Position numbers and translations under genes: made by a program. From the NCBI GenBank assembly GCA_965216565.1, contig OZ244170.1, positions 160,001 through 224,000 of the forward strand: a DNA stretch of 64,000 nt, read 5' to 3'. Source of the DNA: Bythopirellula sp. Lineage in GTDB: Bacteria > Planctomycetota > Planctomycetia > Pirellulales > Lacipirellulaceae. Below are positions 9,119 through 18,220 of the stretch, piece by piece; position 1 is the stretch's first letter, and each line of letters begins with the position of its first letter. The notes beneath the pieces were generated by a model. The model had not been told where the DNA came from and searched no databases. It saw nothing but the letters and a program-made list of their open reading frames with translations.

Positions 9119-10483
9119 GTGTCTTCGATCGACCGTAAGCCAGGAATGGAAAGTGAATCGGCTGTGCTGGTCGGTGTCCAGCTGTCGGGTTCCCTGGCAC
9201 CCGAGGAAGCCTCACATACTGAAATCCTGGAAGAGCTTTCCGGATTAGTGGAAACGGCAGGCGCGGAGGTTGTCGCGCGGTTAACTCAAAAACGCGAAGC
9301 TCCCGACAAGACCACCTACATTGGCCAAGGTAAGGTCGAACAGCTCAAAGATCTAGTAAGTGCCACAGAGGCAGATATTGTTGTTTTCGACAACGACTTA
9401 TCCCCCGCACAGACACGCAATCTGGAACAGGCCATCGAAGTTAAGGTTCTCGATCGCTCAGAAGTGATTCTGGACATCTTCTCCTCACGGGCGCAGACGC
9501 ACGAGTCGCGACTTGCGGTGGAGCTTGCCCAGCTGGAGTACTCGCTACCGCGACTCAAGCGGATGTGGACTCACTTGTCGCGTTTGAAGATGGGCGTCGG
9601 CATGCGTGGCCCGGGTGAAAAGCAGTTGGAGACCGACCGTCGGTTAGTTGAGAAACGCATTAGCGATTTGCGTCGCGATTTGCAGAAGATCGAGAAACGC
9701 AAAGAACGCGAAGTGGCCGCCCGCAAAGATCGCATGACGGTCTCGCTAGTGGGTTACACGAATGCAGGCAAAAGTACCTTGATGAACCAGCTGACTGAGT
9801 CCAAGGTGTTGGCCGAAGACAAGCTGTTCGCCACACTCGATACCTGCACTCGCCGCTGGCATCTGCCGGGCTGGGGGCCTGTGTTATTGAGCGATACGGT
9901 CGGATTCATCCGCAACTTGCCTCACCATTTGATCGCGAGCTTCAAAGCTACTTTGGAAGAAGCACGGCAGGCCGATCTGTTGATTCACGTGGCTGACGCC
10001 AGCAATCCTGCAGCACTAGATCAGATTGTTGCCGTGTACCAGGTTCTCGAAGAGTTGGGAATCGAAGAGAAAGACACGATCCTTGCGCTAAACAAGATCG
10101 ATCAAGTGGCCGACCCGCTACAACTAGAATCGATTCTGTACCGCTATCCCAACGCCGTCAGCGTGAGTGCTCATACGGGAGAGGGATTGTCCCGTCTGTC
10201 GAATCGCGTGAGCGAAGCGCTCAGCACGGACTTTCTGGATTTGGAAGTGGAGTTCGACGCGGGGAACGGACGGATGCTGGCCTATCTTTCTGAGTTTGGC
10301 GAAGTGCTAAGTCGAACTTTTGCCGAAGAGCGGGTGACGGTTCATTGTCGTATCTCGCAGAAGTACATCGGTCGGTTGCGTGAGGATGACCAATTGAAAA
10401 TGCGTCCTTATAAGGGTGGCGACGCGGTGGACGAACCGTCCTCGGACTCCGAAGACTCTTCCCCTGTGGACGAGGTCGCGTGA
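9119..10483 (+). CDS. hflX: GTPase HflX
   Basis: DLSPAQTRNLE, RGPGEKQLETDRR, GYTNAGKS, LFATLD, DTVGF, NKID. AGGAG RBS upstream. Confidence 0.97.
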   Translation: MSSIDRKPGMESESAVLVGVQLSGSLAPEEASHTEILEELSGLVETAGAEVVARLTQKREAPDKTTYIGQGKVEQLKDLVSATEADIVVFDNDLSPAQTRNLEQAIEVKVLDRSEVILDIFSSRAQTHESRLAVELAQLEYSLPRLKRMWTHLSRLKMGVGMRGPGEKQLETDRRLVEKRISDLRRDLQKIEKRKEREVAARKDRMTVSLVGYTNAGKSTLMNQLTESKVLAEDKLFATLDTCTRRWHLPGWGPVLLSDTVGFIRNLPHHLIASFKATLEEARQADLLIHVADASNPAALDQIVAVYQVLEELGIEEKDTILALNKIDQVADPLQLESILYRYPNAVSVSAHTGEGLSRLSNRVSEALSTDFLDLEVEFDAGNGRMLAYLSEFGEVLSRTFAEERVTVHCRISQKYIGRLREDDQLKMRPYKGGDAVDEPSSDSEDSSPVDEVA

Positions 10484-10489
10484 CACTAG

Positions 10490-11281
10490 GTGCCCAGCGA
10501 ACGGAATATCGATGGACGTCGCGTTGTAATTACCGGGGCATCAAGCGGAGTAGGGCGTGCTTTGGCTCATGAGCTAGCCGCGTTTCAGACTCATCTCCTA
10601 TTGGTAGCACGTCGCGAACAGCCACTGGCTGAGCTCTCTGCAGAACTTTTAGAATTGGGCGCCAAGAGTGTGTCCAAAGTTGTCGGTGACATCACCCATG
10701 CGGAAATCCGCACGGAGGTGGCCGAGCGGGTGGCAGCCGAGTGGCAGACGCTCGACATCTTGGTCAACAACGCCGGGACGAGTTCGCATGGACGGTTTAC
10801 CTCGAGCGACGAGGCCGCCTTGCGGGGAGTGATGGAGATCAACTTCTTTGCGGCCACTGAACTTACACGCTTGCTGTTACCGATGCTGCACAGCAGTTCC
10901 GATTCGGTGCTGGTAAATGTAGGCTCGATCCTGGGCCATCGGGGCGTGCCGTACAACAGCGAGTATTCTGCCAGCAAGTTTGCACTGCGCGGCTGGAGCG
11001 AAGCGCTCCGCGCCGAAGCGAGTCGCGATGGGGTAGACGTACTACTAGTGAGCCCGGGGACGATCGACACAGAGTTTTTCGATCATCTGCTGGCCCAACA
11101 CGAGCCGACCCCTTGGCCCCCGCAAAAAGGAATTTCACCGCAGAAGACGGCAGAACAAATCGTTCGAGCGATTAAGAAGCGGCGCCGGGAAATCTATCCC
11201 AACTGGCGAGGCTGGCTATTGGTAAAGCTCAATCGCTGGTTCCCCGGTCTGATTGATCGAGTGATGAAGCGGTATGGGTGA
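10490..11281 (+). CDS. SDR family NAD(P)-dependent oxidoreductase
   Basis: TGASSGVG, NNAG, YSASK. Confidence 0.93.
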   Translation: MPSERNIDGRRVVITGASSGVGRALAHELAAFQTHLLLVARREQPLAELSAELLELGAKSVSKVVGDITHAEIRTEVAERVAAEWQTLDILVNNAGTSSHGRFTSSDEAALRGVMEINFFAATELTRLLLPMLHSSSDSVLVNVGSILGHRGVPYNSEYSASKFALRGWSEALRAEASRDGVDVLLVSPGTIDTEFFDHLLAQHEPTPWPPQKGISPQKTAEQIVRAIKKRRREIYPNWRGWLLVKLNRWFPGLIDRVMKRYG

Positions 11282-11343
11282 GAATGGACTAGAGACTTTA
11301 TGCTGGAAAGTGCCAGAACTTTCGCTGAGTTTGAAAGCTAGAT

Positions 11344-12033
11344 ATGGATAATATTGTTCCAGTTCAAACGGGCTACGACCGCTGGGCTAAGGTTTACGAC
11401 CACGATGCGAATCCGATGCAGGCATTGGAGGAGTCAGTGGTTGTCGAGCTATTGGGATCTGTAGCGGGTTTGCGGGTGTTAGACCTTGGCTGCGGCACGG
11501 GACGGCACGCGTTGCGAATGGCTGCCGAAGGAGCGTGCGTGACGGCTGTTGATTTCTCTGAAGAGATGCTGGCTGAGGCAAAACGGAAAAGTAATGCCGC
11601 GCAGGTGACTTTTCTAATGCACGATCTCTCCAAGGCTCTTCCCTTGGATACGGAATTCGACCTTGTTGTGTGTGGGCTGGTGCTGGAGCATATCAACAAT
11701 CTGTCGACCTTCTACGGCGAAGTTGCCCGTCTGCTGAAGCCATCAGGACGAGCAATTATCTCGTTCATGCATCCGTCCATGTTTCTCAGAGGGTCGCAAG
11801 CTCGATTTACCGATCCCGATTCTCAAGAATTGTTCCACATTCAGAGTCAATCACACTCAGTAAGCGATGTGGTGATGGCTACCCTCCATGCGGGACTTCA
11901 GATCGAGGAGATTTCTGAGCATTCCCCCGATGCCAAATTTGCAGAGCAATTTCCCAGGGCAGAGAAATACATCGATTGGCCCATGCTCGTCGTCCAGCAC
12001 CTTACGAAAACCGAAGCCGTGGCTGCTCCTTGA
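11344..12033 (+). CDS. Class I SAM-dependent methyltransferase
   Basis: VLDLGCGTG, VDFSEEML, LLKPSG. Confidence 0.9.
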   Translation: MDNIVPVQTGYDRWAKVYDHDANPMQALEESVVVELLGSVAGLRVLDLGCGTGRHALRMAAEGACVTAVDFSEEMLAEAKRKSNAAQVTFLMHDLSKALPLDTEFDLVVCGLVLEHINNLSTFYGEVARLLKPSGRAIISFMHPSMFLRGSQARFTDPDSQELFHIQSQSHSVSDVVMATLHAGLQIEEISEHSPDAKFAEQFPRAEKYIDWPMLVVQHLTKTEAVAAP

Positions 12034-12123
12034 CCAACTGCTCTTGCTAAACCAATATGTCCAACAGCCGGCACGGAAAAGCCCCTGGAGTTCCTTCTAA
12101 ATATTCCAAGAGAAAGCGAGACA

Positions 12124-12408
12124 ATGGCCAACCTCACTATTGTAGCCGATATTAATGTGAAAGCCGATCAAGTTGATCTGGTGAAAGCTGAGCTCAAGAA
12201 GCTGATCGCTCCCACACTTGCGGAAGAGGGTTGCGTGCAATACGACTTGCATCAGGACAACGACAACCCGGCACACTTCCTGTTTTTCGAGAACTGGACG
12301 TCGCGCGAGCTATGGCAGCAGCACATGAATTCTCAGCATCTAAAAGACTACAAGGCTGCCACCGAGGGTGCGGCTGAGGTGACGATCTACGAGATGACGA
12401 AAGCCTAG
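12124..12408 (+). CDS. Putative quinol monooxygenase (ABM domain)
   Basis: PTLAEEGCVQYDLHQD..FLFFENW..QQHMNSQH; 94 aa. Confidence 0.88.
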   Translation: MANLTIVADINVKADQVDLVKAELKKLIAPTLAEEGCVQYDLHQDNDNPAHFLFFENWTSRELWQQHMNSQHLKDYKAATEGAAEVTIYEMTKA

Positions 12409-12430
12409 TGAGCTACAAAGCTCTCACGGA

Positions 12431-13144
12431 ATGACCGAACATCCGCCGCTAGAGATTCTGTACGACGAAGGCCCGTGCCTGGTGGTGAACAAACCGGCCG
12501 GGCTGCTCACGCAGGCGCCGCGTGGGATCGATAGTATAGAGATTTGGGTCAAAGAGTTCTATCGGCATCGTGAAGGTAAAGATCCCGAAGCCAATATCTA
12601 TTTGGGTCTGGCGCATCGCATCGATCGTCCTGTGACGGGGGCACTGGTGTTTGGCAGACATGTGCGGGCTACGCGGAAACTATGCTCGCAATTTCAAAAT
12701 CGAACCGTGTCGAAGGTCTACTGGGCATATGTCGAAGGGCACGTTACGCCCGCAGAGGGCACGTGGACAGATTTTTTGCATAAGCGTCACGGCATGGCCC
12801 AAGCTGAGGTTGTAGAGAAAGATCATCCGGCGGCCAAGCACGCGGTGCTGCACTATCGCGTATTGTGGCATGGGCCTCAGGGCAGTTGGCTGGAGATCGA
12901 ACTAGAGACGGGCCGCACGCATCAGATTCGCGTGCAAAGTGGCTCGCGGGGGCATGCGGTAATGGGCGACGAGCAGTACGGTAGTATGCAGCCTTTCGGA
13001 GTGCAGCACGTTGATGTGCGCGATCGTGGTATTGCGCTCCATGCGCGGCAACTAGGGTTCAATCATCCAATGACCGGTGAGCCCGTCGATGTAGTGGCAC
13101 CACTGCCAGAGTACTGGGATGAACTGAACTTGCCTGGAGTTTAG
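12431..13144 (+). CDS. RluA family pseudouridine synthase (no S4 domain)
   Basis: NKPAGL, HRIDRPVTG, TGRTHQIRVQ, GDEQYG, LHAR. Confidence 0.92.
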   Translation: MTEHPPLEILYDEGPCLVVNKPAGLLTQAPRGIDSIEIWVKEFYRHREGKDPEANIYLGLAHRIDRPVTGALVFGRHVRATRKLCSQFQNRTVSKVYWAYVEGHVTPAEGTWTDFLHKRHGMAQAEVVEKDHPAAKHAVLHYRVLWHGPQGSWLEIELETGRTHQIRVQSGSRGHAVMGDEQYGSMQPFGVQHVDVRDRGIALHARQLGFNHPMTGEPVDVVAPLPEYWDELNLPGV

Positions 13145-13214
13145 TGGTACTTGTAAGGTTTTAATTGCCACAGAGTAACGAGAGGAACTCACAAGAGCAG
13201 CGTTATGCCAGGAG

Positions 13215-13401
13215 TCGAAAAATAGGGACTGGCTCGACGCGCGACAACGGCTTGAAACACTTACTCCCGCAGTGTCGTCGTGCCTGTCCCTTTTTTTCGA
13301 CGGACTATTCGTGGCGCTGGAAATGGGGACAGGCACGCGATTGCGGCTACGCGTAAGCAGCTTCTACGCATGCCTTCGCAATCGCGAGCCAGTCCCCATT
13401 T
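13215..13401. repeat. Two REP-like hairpin elements with GGGACTGGCTC / GTGCCTGTCCC arms, opposite orientation
   Basis: 13215-13300: tcgaaaaatagggactggctcgacg...cgtcgtgcctgtccctttttttcga. 13321-13401: aaatggggacaggcacgcgattgcg...cgcaatcgcgagccagtccccattt. They lie between convergent genes. Confidence 0.8.
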
Positions 13402-13406
13402 TACGT

Positions 13407-15284
13407 TCACTTAGACGTAAGATGTGCCACAGCACAGCAACGGTCACGGCGGCGAGTGGCTAGCATCGCAAAAGCAAACGTGCCTAGCAGGACCGTGGTC
13501 GGTTCGGGAACGAATAGCAGATTGGATGTGGGCGTGGGATTGTTACCCCACACCTCGCCAAAGTCACCGAACAGATCACCAATTCCGCCAAATACATCTC
13601 CGATACCATCGAAGACACTATCGAACCCGAACCGGCCCACGCGAAATACATTGTTGGGGACGTGATCCAGTGAGGTGTTCCAACCGATAATGTCCGACAG
13701 CGTTACATCTTTGATGTCGATAACCGAATCGACCGAACTATTGTTCATCAGTTCGTCGTCGCCGGTGTAGAAATAACGATCGCCGTCACGCAAGTCGGTA
13801 AACTGACCGATAAGAGCAGTGGAGATGAGTTCTCCCATACTGCTTCCAAACAAATGATCCTCGGCCAATCCGCCGACCCAGGCATCAATGTCGTGCACCG
13901 TGCCGTAGAGTTGTCTCAGTTTCTTGCGAGTCTTTCGATCTCGAGTGATCTCGCGGAACGAACTGACGGGATCGAGCCCATAGGCCATACGCATTTCGTT
14001 GTAGCTGGGCAGACCGTGATCGCGACCGCGCTGAATGTTGATTGCCGCGAGATCCATCCCACCAGAGCCGGGCTCGCCGAAGAGGAAATTGCGAACGCCA
14101 TCGCCCAACTTGGCATCAATTTCTTGAGCGACCGTGGTGGAAAGCCCTAGCATGAGCTGATCGATGTGCCGGGTGCTGCCGTCGGCATCGCTGGCGATTA
14201 CCGAGGGATTGAAGAACGAATCGAGCAGCGAAATCGAGTCTGCATCGGCGCCGGGCAAGGCGGGCAGCGTTAGCTCGTCAGGAAGCATGCTATGCCCAAA
14301 CCGGTAGAATGAAGCAGCAAATTCGTTTTTGATGCTGGCATCGATGGTGTCGTCGTAATCGTAGCGACGTGCTTTGAGCTGGCGGGCTCTTCGCTTGCCC
14401 AACAGTGCGGGCAGGAATTCGTTGTAGGTGATTGCCTGCATCTCGGCACCGACGATCTTGCGTGCTGTTTGGTAAAGCTGTTCGTCGTTCCAGGTCGGAT
14501 TGTCGATAGAAAGCAGGTCCGCCAGGCGGTTGTGTTCTCGCACAAACAGGGTGTGCATGGCGAGCAGGCCCGACTGTTCGTTGGCCCGAACGTCGCCGGC
14601 AACGAAAAAGTTGGGAGCAGGACCGCCCGCATTGTCGAGCCCCATCGTGTTGTAGGGCAGCAAACCACCTGCGCTCGTCTTCATGCGGCCCCCATTACCC
14701 GTGTCACGGAGCGCGGCGGCTCGAGTGGCGTCGGAGCCGTAAACGTTCGAAGCATCGATGTAGCTGGTAATGGAGTTCGTTTGTTCGCGCGGATTCGCTG
14801 CACTCGTTCCTGTACCTGCGGCCTGTTGTGATCGCTCGAAGGGGATGAACGGAGTCATCGGGTCGTCGGGAGAGATTGCAATCGGAGCAAAGTCGGCACT
14901 AGCCGAGCTGGTGTGGACGATTGTAATGTCGTGATCGAGGAACTGACCCCATTGCCAAACCATGTTGCTGAGCCGACGCCGATTGGCATAGTAGGAGTCG
15001 CCAGAATCGTAGAGATGATTGCTGATCTCACGGGGATTTGGCGGCATCGTATTGCTGCCGGGTCCACCATAGAACGTGGCACCCGAGCCATCGTTGGGGT
15101 AGTGGGCGTCGGTCACCCGGGGCATCACCGTATGAGCAGCCCCCCAGGTGGAATTGGCAAGATTGTTCCCGCTGCCGTCGATCGTTCGGATGTCGACGAC
15201 CGAGTCTGCCTCGGCACTCTGAACGAGAATGAACAAACTACCAAGCAGTGCATAACTGCAGAACGTCAACGCGCGCGTGACCAT
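13407..15284 (-). CDS. Secreted heme peroxidase (peroxidase-cyclooxygenase / An_peroxidase family) with PEP-CTERM anchor
   Basis: Start ATG 15284 with GAGGTG RBS and a signal peptide. RTIDGSGNN, WGQFLDHD, GDVRANEQ, FVREHNR, YRFGHS, INIQRGRDHG; C-terminal VPEP-TM-RRR. Confidence 0.92.
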   Translation of the reverse strand: MVTRALTFCSYALLGSLFILVQSAEADSVVDIRTIDGSGNNLANSTWGAAHTVMPRVTDAHYPNDGSGATFYGGPGSNTMPPNPREISNHLYDSGDSYYANRRRLSNMVWQWGQFLDHDITIVHTSSASADFAPIAISPDDPMTPFIPFERSQQAAGTGTSAANPREQTNSITSYIDASNVYGSDATRAAALRDTGNGGRMKTSAGGLLPYNTMGLDNAGGPAPNFFVAGDVRANEQSGLLAMHTLFVREHNRLADLLSIDNPTWNDEQLYQTARKIVGAEMQAITYNEFLPALLGKRRARQLKARRYDYDDTIDASIKNEFAASFYRFGHSMLPDELTLPALPGADADSISLLDSFFNPSVIASDADGSTRHIDQLMLGLSTTVAQEIDAKLGDGVRNFLFGEPGSGGMDLAAINIQRGRDHGLPSYNEMRMAYGLDPVSSFREITRDRKTRKKLRQLYGTVHDIDAWVGGLAEDHLFGSSMGELISTALIGQFTDLRDGDRYFYTGDDELMNNSSVDSVIDIKDVTLSDIIGWNTSLDHVPNNVFRVGRFGFDSVFDGIGDVFGGIGDLFGDFGEVWGNNPTPTSNLLFVPEPTTVLLGTFAFAMLATRRRDRCCAVAHLTSK

Positions 15285-15409
15285 GTCGCCCACCTCTGAA
15301 ATCAACGGAGATTAATGCATAGGCGACAAAAAGCCGTCGCCCCAAACCCAACTTCAGAATAATGGTGGGCTCGGAGAGCCGCAAGAAATTTACGCCCGCT
15401 TCCTGCAGT

Positions 15410-16933
15410 TTAAAACCCTTGCCACCCGCAGTACTCCATCCAGCGGTATATCCAGGGCTGGGTCCAGGGATTCCAGTTCGGATAACTGGCAGAAAACACA
15501 GAACAGGTCAGCAGCACCGCGGCTAGGGCTTTTCCTCGCATAGTGCGGCTAACCCCATCCGCAGCGGGGAGCATCACCAAAAGCCACAAGGGAGCGAACC
15601 AGAACATCCAGCGGAAGCCGCTCGTCATGCCCCCGTAATTACGATCCTCCAGTGGACGGAGCCCGATATAGAAAACCAGGCAGATGATTGTGAGCAGCGC
15701 GACGCCCCAGGCGAGTTGGCGACGCGGCTCGAGACTATCTCGTGACCAAAGCCACATGCCGTAAAGGCTGAGTAACCAAATCGGTGTGAGCGAATACACG
15801 CCGTGATGCCCGACGAGTACGTGTAGTGCGTAGGTCAATTTGCTGGTTTCACCGCGATCGATTCCCTGGCGATCGCGCCAATAGCTGTCGCGCTCCACGC
15901 CGTCGAGGGTGAAGGAATAATCGTACCAGTTATCTGTAGGGTCGGTTGTGCTGCGATGCATGTAGGGGGGGCGAAGGCTTTGGTGAGCAGCGAAGTTGGT
16001 GGCAAAAAAAGCAATCACAACGATACCTGCTGCCGGCAGAAAACCAGTGAGCCATGCGCGACGATCGACCCGGAGTAGATCCCACGCCAACAAAGCCAAA
16101 AACGCCAACGCCGGCAATTCATTGGCTGCAGTGAAGGCCCCGGCCAATCCTGCTAGGGCAAAGTTGCGCGGCGACCGCTCGCCATCTCCGCGGATGCGCG
16201 ACCAGGCATAGAGGGCAACCGTCGCACTGACGGCAGCCACAATATGGTTGTTCAATACAACAGCAAAGGTGGAAATAAAGGTTCCGCAGGTGGCACAGCC
16301 CACAACAAACACTCGCCCCCAATCGGTCGTGCCCCAGCGCTCGGCAAGCTTAGCCACGAGTACAAACATCAGCACCAAGGGCAAGATGTTGATGGTGATC
16401 AATAGGAAGCGACCGAGAAAATAGGGGTGGCTCCCCAGGGTCATCCCCGTCACTTGGTGAATCATCCAGTACTCGATCGCCACCAGGGTAATCAACAGCG
16501 GGGGCTTGCTGGAATATAAATGTAGCTCGCCATCGGCACCGCGATGCTGGACCATGTCGATCGTGTTCCACACGTGGCGATCCATCAGGTCGTCGATCTC
16601 AAACGTACCTTGTTCGACTAACGCACGTACCGCGAGCCAGCGGCTCCGGTCGTTGGCGCTGAGAAACGGCCGCTGCAGAACCGTCTCTGCTTCGATTCTA
16701 GCCTTTGCCTCCTCAAGTTCCGCCTGGAGCTCTGCCTTCGATAAATCCTGCTTTTGCAGACTAGCTTCGATACTCTGTAGTTTTCGATGGCGAAGATGAG
16801 CTTCGAGATCAGACCGATTCGTCGAATTGACCGCCAGCAATCGGCCAGTCATGTTACCCACGGACAGAGCGATGAGTAGGAGATAGATGCCCCAACGCAG
16901 CTGTGCTTGAGGGTCGGTTGCCGGCTTGCTCAT
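15410..16933 (-). CDS. Polytopic membrane protein, probable GT-C (ArnT/PMT-like) glycosyltransferase
   Basis: About 10 TM segments, first loop SANDRSRW, YSSKPPLL (KPP motif as in ArnT-like enzymes). Overlaps the GT2 stop (ATGA). Confidence 0.6.
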   Translation of the reverse strand: MSKPATDPQAQLRWGIYLLLIALSVGNMTGRLLAVNSTNRSDLEAHLRHRKLQSIEASLQKQDLSKAELQAELEEAKARIEAETVLQRPFLSANDRSRWLAVRALVEQGTFEIDDLMDRHVWNTIDMVQHRGADGELHLYSSKPPLLITLVAIEYWMIHQVTGMTLGSHPYFLGRFLLITINILPLVLMFVLVAKLAERWGTTDWGRVFVVGCATCGTFISTFAVVLNNHIVAAVSATVALYAWSRIRGDGERSPRNFALAGLAGAFTAANELPALAFLALLAWDLLRVDRRAWLTGFLPAAGIVVIAFFATNFAAHQSLRPPYMHRSTTDPTDNWYDYSFTLDGVERDSYWRDRQGIDRGETSKLTYALHVLVGHHGVYSLTPIWLLSLYGMWLWSRDSLEPRRQLAWGVALLTIICLVFYIGLRPLEDRNYGGMTSGFRWMFWFAPLWLLVMLPAADGVSRTMRGKALAAVLLTCSVFSASYPNWNPWTQPWIYRWMEYCGWQGF

Positions 16934-17937
16934 GTCTCGCTCGAAAGCTGCTGCGGGGACGGAGCAGAAGGATCTGCGGCAATATTCTTACTGGGAGATG
17001 TATGTTCGGCGACTGAGTAGGCGTCCGATTCCTTGGACATCAGCGCTGAGATCAGCTCTGCGACGAATCCCAATGCCAAGAGTTGCGCGCCGATTAGGAG
17101 CATGACCATGGTGTAATAGAGCGCCGCAGTTTCGTGTAGGTGGACCGGCACATTGCCTGGAAGTCGCGAAATGCACCAGACCACCGCGAGGTAGCTCATT
17201 CCTAGGAAGCCGAGAGCAAACAGAATCAGTGCCCCCGTCCCCAACAAATGCTGCGGCCGATCTCCGTAGCGGGTGATAAAGCGAACCGTGAGCAAGTCGA
17301 GCAAGCCTTTAGGAATCCGCGACCAACCATATTTGGAAATCCCCGACGTACGAGGACGATGCGCGACCGGTACCTCGCCGATTTTGAATCCACGGGCCGC
17401 GGCTAGTACCGGAACGAAGCGGTGCAATTCGCCGTAAAGTCGTACTTCGTTGATGACATCGCGGCGAAAACATTTTAGCCCGCAGTTATGATCGTGGAGC
17501 TTCACGCCGGTCATCCAACTCACCAAGAGATTGAACACTTTTGAAGGCCAGACTTTGTGCCAAGGGTCTTGGCGGTTTTGCTTCCAACCACTCACCACAT
17601 CGAGGCCTTCTTCGAGTTGGTCGATGAGCTTTGGGACCTCGGCAGGAGAATCCTGCAAGTCGGCATCCATAGTGACAACGATCTCGCCCTCTGCCGCATC
17701 GAAACCGGCACTCAGTGCCGCAGCCTTGCCAAAATTTCGCCGGAAGCGAATCCCCAGCACGCGCGAATCCGCTGCGGCAAGTCGCTCAATCGTGTGCCAG
17801 GTGTCGTCTGTCGAGCCATCGTCGACCAAGATAACCTGCACCGCGTCCTGCCGTTGTTGAGAGAATTCATCGATCTCGCGATGCAATTGCTCCAAGGAGC
17901 CTGCTTCATTAAACGCGGGAATGACGATGCTGATCAT
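16930..17937 (-). CDS. GT2 polyprenol-phosphate glycosyltransferase (ArnC/GtrB/DPM1-like)
   Basis: Start moved to ATG 17937 (MISIVIPAFNE). VDDGSTD, RNFGKAAA, MDADLQD, LHRFVP, SKYG; two C-terminal TMs. Confidence 0.92.
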   Translation of the reverse strand: MISIVIPAFNEAGSLEQLHREIDEFSQQRQDAVQVILVDDGSTDDTWHTIERLAAADSRVLGIRFRRNFGKAAALSAGFDAAEGEIVVTMDADLQDSPAEVPKLIDQLEEGLDVVSGWKQNRQDPWHKVWPSKVFNLLVSWMTGVKLHDHNCGLKCFRRDVINEVRLYGELHRFVPVLAAARGFKIGEVPVAHRPRTSGISKYGWSRIPKGLLDLLTVRFITRYGDRPQHLLGTGALILFALGFLGMSYLAVVWCISRLPGNVPVHLHETAALYYTMVMLLIGAQLLALGFVAELISALMSKESDAYSVAEHTSPSKNIAADPSAPSPQQLSSET

Positions 17938-18036
17938 GCTAGTGTCTGATTCAGGAAACGAATGGCCTACTACCTCTAGAATAGCACAAATGTTGGAGGC
18001 CTCCATAGCCGGTTGGCAGCGTTCGTCCAAATGCAG

Positions 18037-18114
18037 TGAGCCGACGGCGCTAGCCGCGGGTAGCCTCGTTTTACGTGTTACCCAATGTAACCGGCGGCTA
18101 GCGCCGACGGCGCA
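18037..18114. repeat. Inverted REP-like doublet
   Basis: tgagccgacggcgctagccgcggg ... ccggcggctagcgccgacggcgca; arms are near reverse complements. Confidence 0.7.
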
Positions 18115-18220
18115 AGTGCTGTTTAGAAGTTTTTCTTTGAACCTAGATTAGCCTTCTTTTTCGCGACTGGATTATTCTAAAATGACCGGCTAGTTAAAGA
18201 TCATTTGGAAGGAGAATGCC

